Shown: positions 62,235-64,000 of the stretch, one piece after another
How the letters are laid out: every line of letters starts with the position of its first letter
Numbering within the stretch: position 1 is the stretch's first letter
DNA from: a virus
Lineage: Duplodnaviria; Caudoviricetes
Virus record (IMG/VR): IMGVR_UViG_3300005805_000070
Span: 14,857 to 78,856 of that record
Strand: one strand, 5' to 3'
Length of the DNA: 64,000 bases
The notes under the pieces: generated by a model
What the model saw: only the letters and a program-made list of their open reading frames with translations
Told to the model about the DNA's origin: nothing
Database searches by the model: none
Made by a program: the position numbers and the translations under genes

Positions 62235-62389
62235 CCATCATCATCTTCAAAAATTTCATCATAATCCAATTCTTTTGGGCGCACATCTTTATATTTGTAC
62301 GCTTGAACATCAGAATAAACCTCTGCTTTTAAATTATCCAAGAGAATTTCCATATTTCTCACAAGTAACTTGAGTTTATCTCTATCCAT
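62231..62389 (-). CDS. hypothetical phage protein, 52 aa
   Basis: Manual translation MDRDKLKLLVRNMEILLDNLKAEVYSDV...DYDEIFEDDDG. Confidence 0.75.
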   Translation of the reverse strand: MDRDKLKLLVRNMEILLDNLKAEVYSDVQAYKYKDVRPKELDYDEIFEDDDG

Positions 62390-62391
62390 AG

Positions 62392-63168
62392 TTATTTAAA
62401 CATTCTCCCAATAGATTTTCTAAATTTTCTGTAAATGTCATCATTAAATTTAATATGATGAGTATTGTTATTTTGTAAAAAATGATAGCGATTAAATTCG
62501 GATTTCTCAACATATTTTACTTGAGAATCGAACTTCTTTCTATAAAATGGAATAATCAACATTATTGGGTCATTTTTTTCAATTACTTGATCATCAACTG
62601 ACATAGTCTCTAAATCCATACCAGATTTAATTTTATAATTCCACTCAAAAAACCAAGGAAGATGTAATGGCGATTTATCTGTGTGAAAAATTCCAGTAGA
62701 AGTAGTAAATTTTTTACTTCTATGCCAAACTGGATGTGTAATTAAACAAGAGACTCCTGGAGAAGTTTTGATTACCCAAGGTGTAATTATTTTTCCAAAA
62801 TGATTATATGGTGGTGGATTATCCATAGATGGGAATTGTTCCCAAGAATGACAATAATAATCAGTCTCAATTGGATTTTCTATCCAATTTACATACAAAG
62901 AATTATTATCTTCCCTAAAAATAAAATTAGACCAGGATGGTATAATATAACCTGTTTTTAAAAAATCTTGTATTCCCAAACATCCTTTTATACCAAGTTT
63001 GCTATCATATTCAATATCGTATATTGAACTTTTAAAACTAAAAGGACATTTAGAAATCTTTTTAGGTAAGTTTTGATACCACTTAGGGAAAAATTTATCT
63101 GCAGGGATTGGTTCTGGAATAATATCTCTAAAATCTTTTTGGGATATGAATTCAATCTTTAAAGACAT
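62392..63168 (-). CDS. conserved hypothetical phage protein, 258 aa
   Basis: PEPIPA.KF.PKWY, CLGIQDFLKTGYIIP, PWVIKTSPGVSCL. Confidence 0.75.
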   Translation of the reverse strand: MSLKIEFISQKDFRDIIPEPIPADKFFPKWYQNLPKKISKCPFSFKSSIYDIEYDSKLGIKGCLGIQDFLKTGYIIPSWSNFIFREDNNSLYVNWIENPIETDYYCHSWEQFPSMDNPPPYNHFGKIITPWVIKTSPGVSCLITHPVWHRSKKFTTSTGIFHTDKSPLHLPWFFEWNYKIKSGMDLETMSVDDQVIEKNDPIMLIIPFYRKKFDSQVKYVEKSEFNRYHFLQNNNTHHIKFNDDIYRKFRKSIGRMFK

Positions 63169-63194
63169 TAATCATTTTATCATCCTATATTGAA

Positions 63195-63223
63195 ATTATA
63201 CACAAAAAAAGAGGGGTAGTCAA
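63195..63223 (-). promoter_or_regulatory. sigma70-like promoter
   Basis: TTGACT-N17-TATAAT. Confidence 0.75.
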
Positions 63224-63230
63224 CCCCTCT
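63204..63230 (-). terminator. intrinsic terminator overlapping the promoter
   Basis: AGAGGGGT-tgact-ACCCCTCT then TTTTTT. Confidence 0.8.
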
Positions 63231-63387
63231 TATTATAAATTGCTTCAATATCTAGAACCTGTTCAAACCACTCTCGAAGATGTATACGGTAACAAGACCA
63301 ATATTTACAACCACGATATGTAAGTTGATAACAAGCAGGTGCTCTATTATCTTTATCCATATCGTCCCAGTGGTAATGATAGTCCAT
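63220..63387 (-). CDS. short peptide with LTYRG motif (DUF4278-like), 55 aa
   Basis: Manual translation MDYHYHWDDMDKDNRAPACYQLTYRGCKYWSCY... Confidence 0.6.
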   Translation of the reverse strand: MDYHYHWDDMDKDNRAPACYQLTYRGCKYWSCYRIHLREWFEQVLDIEAIYNKRG

Positions 63388-63473
63388 TACTTATACAACC
63401 ACTGAATGTAGAAAGACAATAACATTGTAGTTAAAGCAATCGCAGCAGTTGAAGAAATAATGATTTGCATCAT
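63387..63473 (-). CDS. small single-TM peptide, 28 aa
   Basis: MMQIIISSTAAIALTTMLLSFYIQWLYK; translationally coupled at both ends. Confidence 0.55.
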   Translation of the reverse strand: MMQIIISSTAAIALTTMLLSFYIQWLYK

Positions 63474-63583
63474 TTCTTCGCTCCTGTAGTACAGTGACCT
63501 GCGCTACAGAGAGATGCTTGATGACGACGCTCTTCTTTTTGTTTTTTCTCTTTGATAATTTGTAGGAAGTTTAGCTTTTGCAT
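63470..63583 (-). CDS. small basic peptide, 37 aa
   Basis: MQKLNFLQIIKEKKQKEERRHQASLCSAGHCTTGAKK; GGAGG SD, coupled. Confidence 0.6.
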   Translation of the reverse strand: MQKLNFLQIIKEKKQKEERRHQASLCSAGHCTTGAKK

Positions 63584-63711
63584 CACTTCGCCTCCTTTAC
63601 AAACTTGACGCCACGATAGACTTCATTTTGTTGTTGAGGTTGTTGTTGCGCCTGCTCTTGGCGGCGAACTTCGGTGTCATAAGCAACACCACGATATACG
63701 ACTTGTGACAT
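63583..63711 (-). CDS. DUF4278-family peptide, 42 aa
   Basis: MSQVVYRGVAYDTEVRRQEQAQQQPQQQNEVYRGVKFVKEAK; two YRGV motifs; AAGGAG SD. Confidence 0.8.
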   Translation of the reverse strand: MSQVVYRGVAYDTEVRRQEQAQQQPQQQNEVYRGVKFVKEAK

Positions 63712-63741
63712 TAGGTTTTCTCCTTAATTTTGAGGCTAAAG

Positions 63742-63917
63742 AGCGTTCCTTCAGTCGGCTTTTGCGTCTATGGGACAGTTTTTTGGTGAGACCTGTTTAA
63801 TCTCCCAAATTAAATCATTCTTTTCTTGATAAGACAAGGATGGATTTTTATAAATCTTACCTGCCAACAATTGTGCTTGAATACAAGTTAGAATGAGTAC
63901 TTCCATAGATGAACGAT
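63742..63917 (-). ncRNA. glutamine-riboswitch-like RNA (glnA/Downstream-peptide family) with expanded P2 loop
   Basis: 5' ATCGTTCA; P2 TCTATGG/CCATAGA; 3' GACGCAAAAGCCGACTGAAGGAACG; upstream of DUF4278. Confidence 0.7.
63751..63906 (-). CDS. 51-aa ORF embedded in the riboswitch
   Basis: MEVLILTCIQAQLLAGKIYKNPSLSYQEKNDLIWEIKQVSPKNCPIDAKAD; checked codon by codon. Confidence 0.6.
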   Translation of the reverse strand: MEVLILTCIQAQLLAGKIYKNPSLSYQEKNDLIWEIKQVSPKNCPIDAKAD

Positions 63918-63950
63918 CCGTTCCGAGTCGGCTTACTTCCGTCCTATTTA
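63918..63950 (-). ncRNA. 3' half of a second, tandem glnA-like riboswitch
   Basis: ATAGGACGGAAGTAAGCCGACTCGGAACGG abutting the next ATCGTTC; 5' half not in window. Confidence 0.55.
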
Positions 63951-63955
63951 ATTGT

Positions 63956-64000
63956 TTAGCACTTAAGTTTCACAACATCCTTTCGGAGTTCTGATAGCAA
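63956..64000 (-). CDS. 3' end of an ORF entering from outside the window
   Basis: ...LLSELRKDVVKLKC-stop in frame with the window edge. Confidence 0.4.
   Translation of the reverse strand: MLSELRKDVVKLKC

Noticed and set aside
63945-64000. tmRNA fragment or separate GAAA-tetraloop RNA
   Set aside because: No tRNA-like ends or tag reading frame; the small hairpin lies within an open frame and is better explained as coding sequence.
1-64000. Stop-codon reassignment suggested by unusual tRNAs
   Set aside because: Core genes (gp32, gp59, thyX, phoH, gp5) are full length in the standard code and no suppressor anticodon is present.

Overview
This is a 64-kb segment of a T4-like (myovirus) phage genome, most likely a cyanophage. 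The evidence is the thyX-phoH-exonuclease-gp33-gp59-DUF1825-gp32 gene order, DUF4278 peptides, several 2OG-Fe(II) oxygenases, NATAAATA-type late promoters and sigma70-type early promoters. Almost all genes are on the minus strand. Layout: (1) 1-12.6 kb, about 55 small, tightly overlapping accessory/early ORFs with three 2OG oxygenases and a cupin; (2) 12.6-18.2 kb, an SF2 helicase plus a four-gene restriction-modification-like operon (nuclease-helicase, two NPPY/F methylases, and a small stand-alone SAM-binding subunit); (3) 18.3-29.1 kb, tail-fibre/adhesin genes with interspersed oxygenases; (4) 29.4-30.1 kb, three tRNAs (two structurally atypical) and an orphan Phd/YefM-like protein; (5) 30.2-56.8 kb, a 1810-aa Gly-X-Gln collagen-like fibre, a 2578-aa fibre and the baseplate/hub/head-completion block (gp5, gp51, gp26, gp4, gp2, gp48, gp53); (6) 56.8-62 kb, replication and late-transcription genes; (7) 63.2-64 kb, short peptides downstream of tandem glutamine-riboswitch-like RNAs, one of which carries a complete 51-codon ORF inside its P2 loop. 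The strongest candidates for undescribed biology are the ORF-containing riboswitch array, the RM-like operon with an apparently split methylase, and the atypical UAU tRNA. No database searches were run. Family names come from motif recognition by eye, and many short ORFs and start codons were translated or corrected manually.
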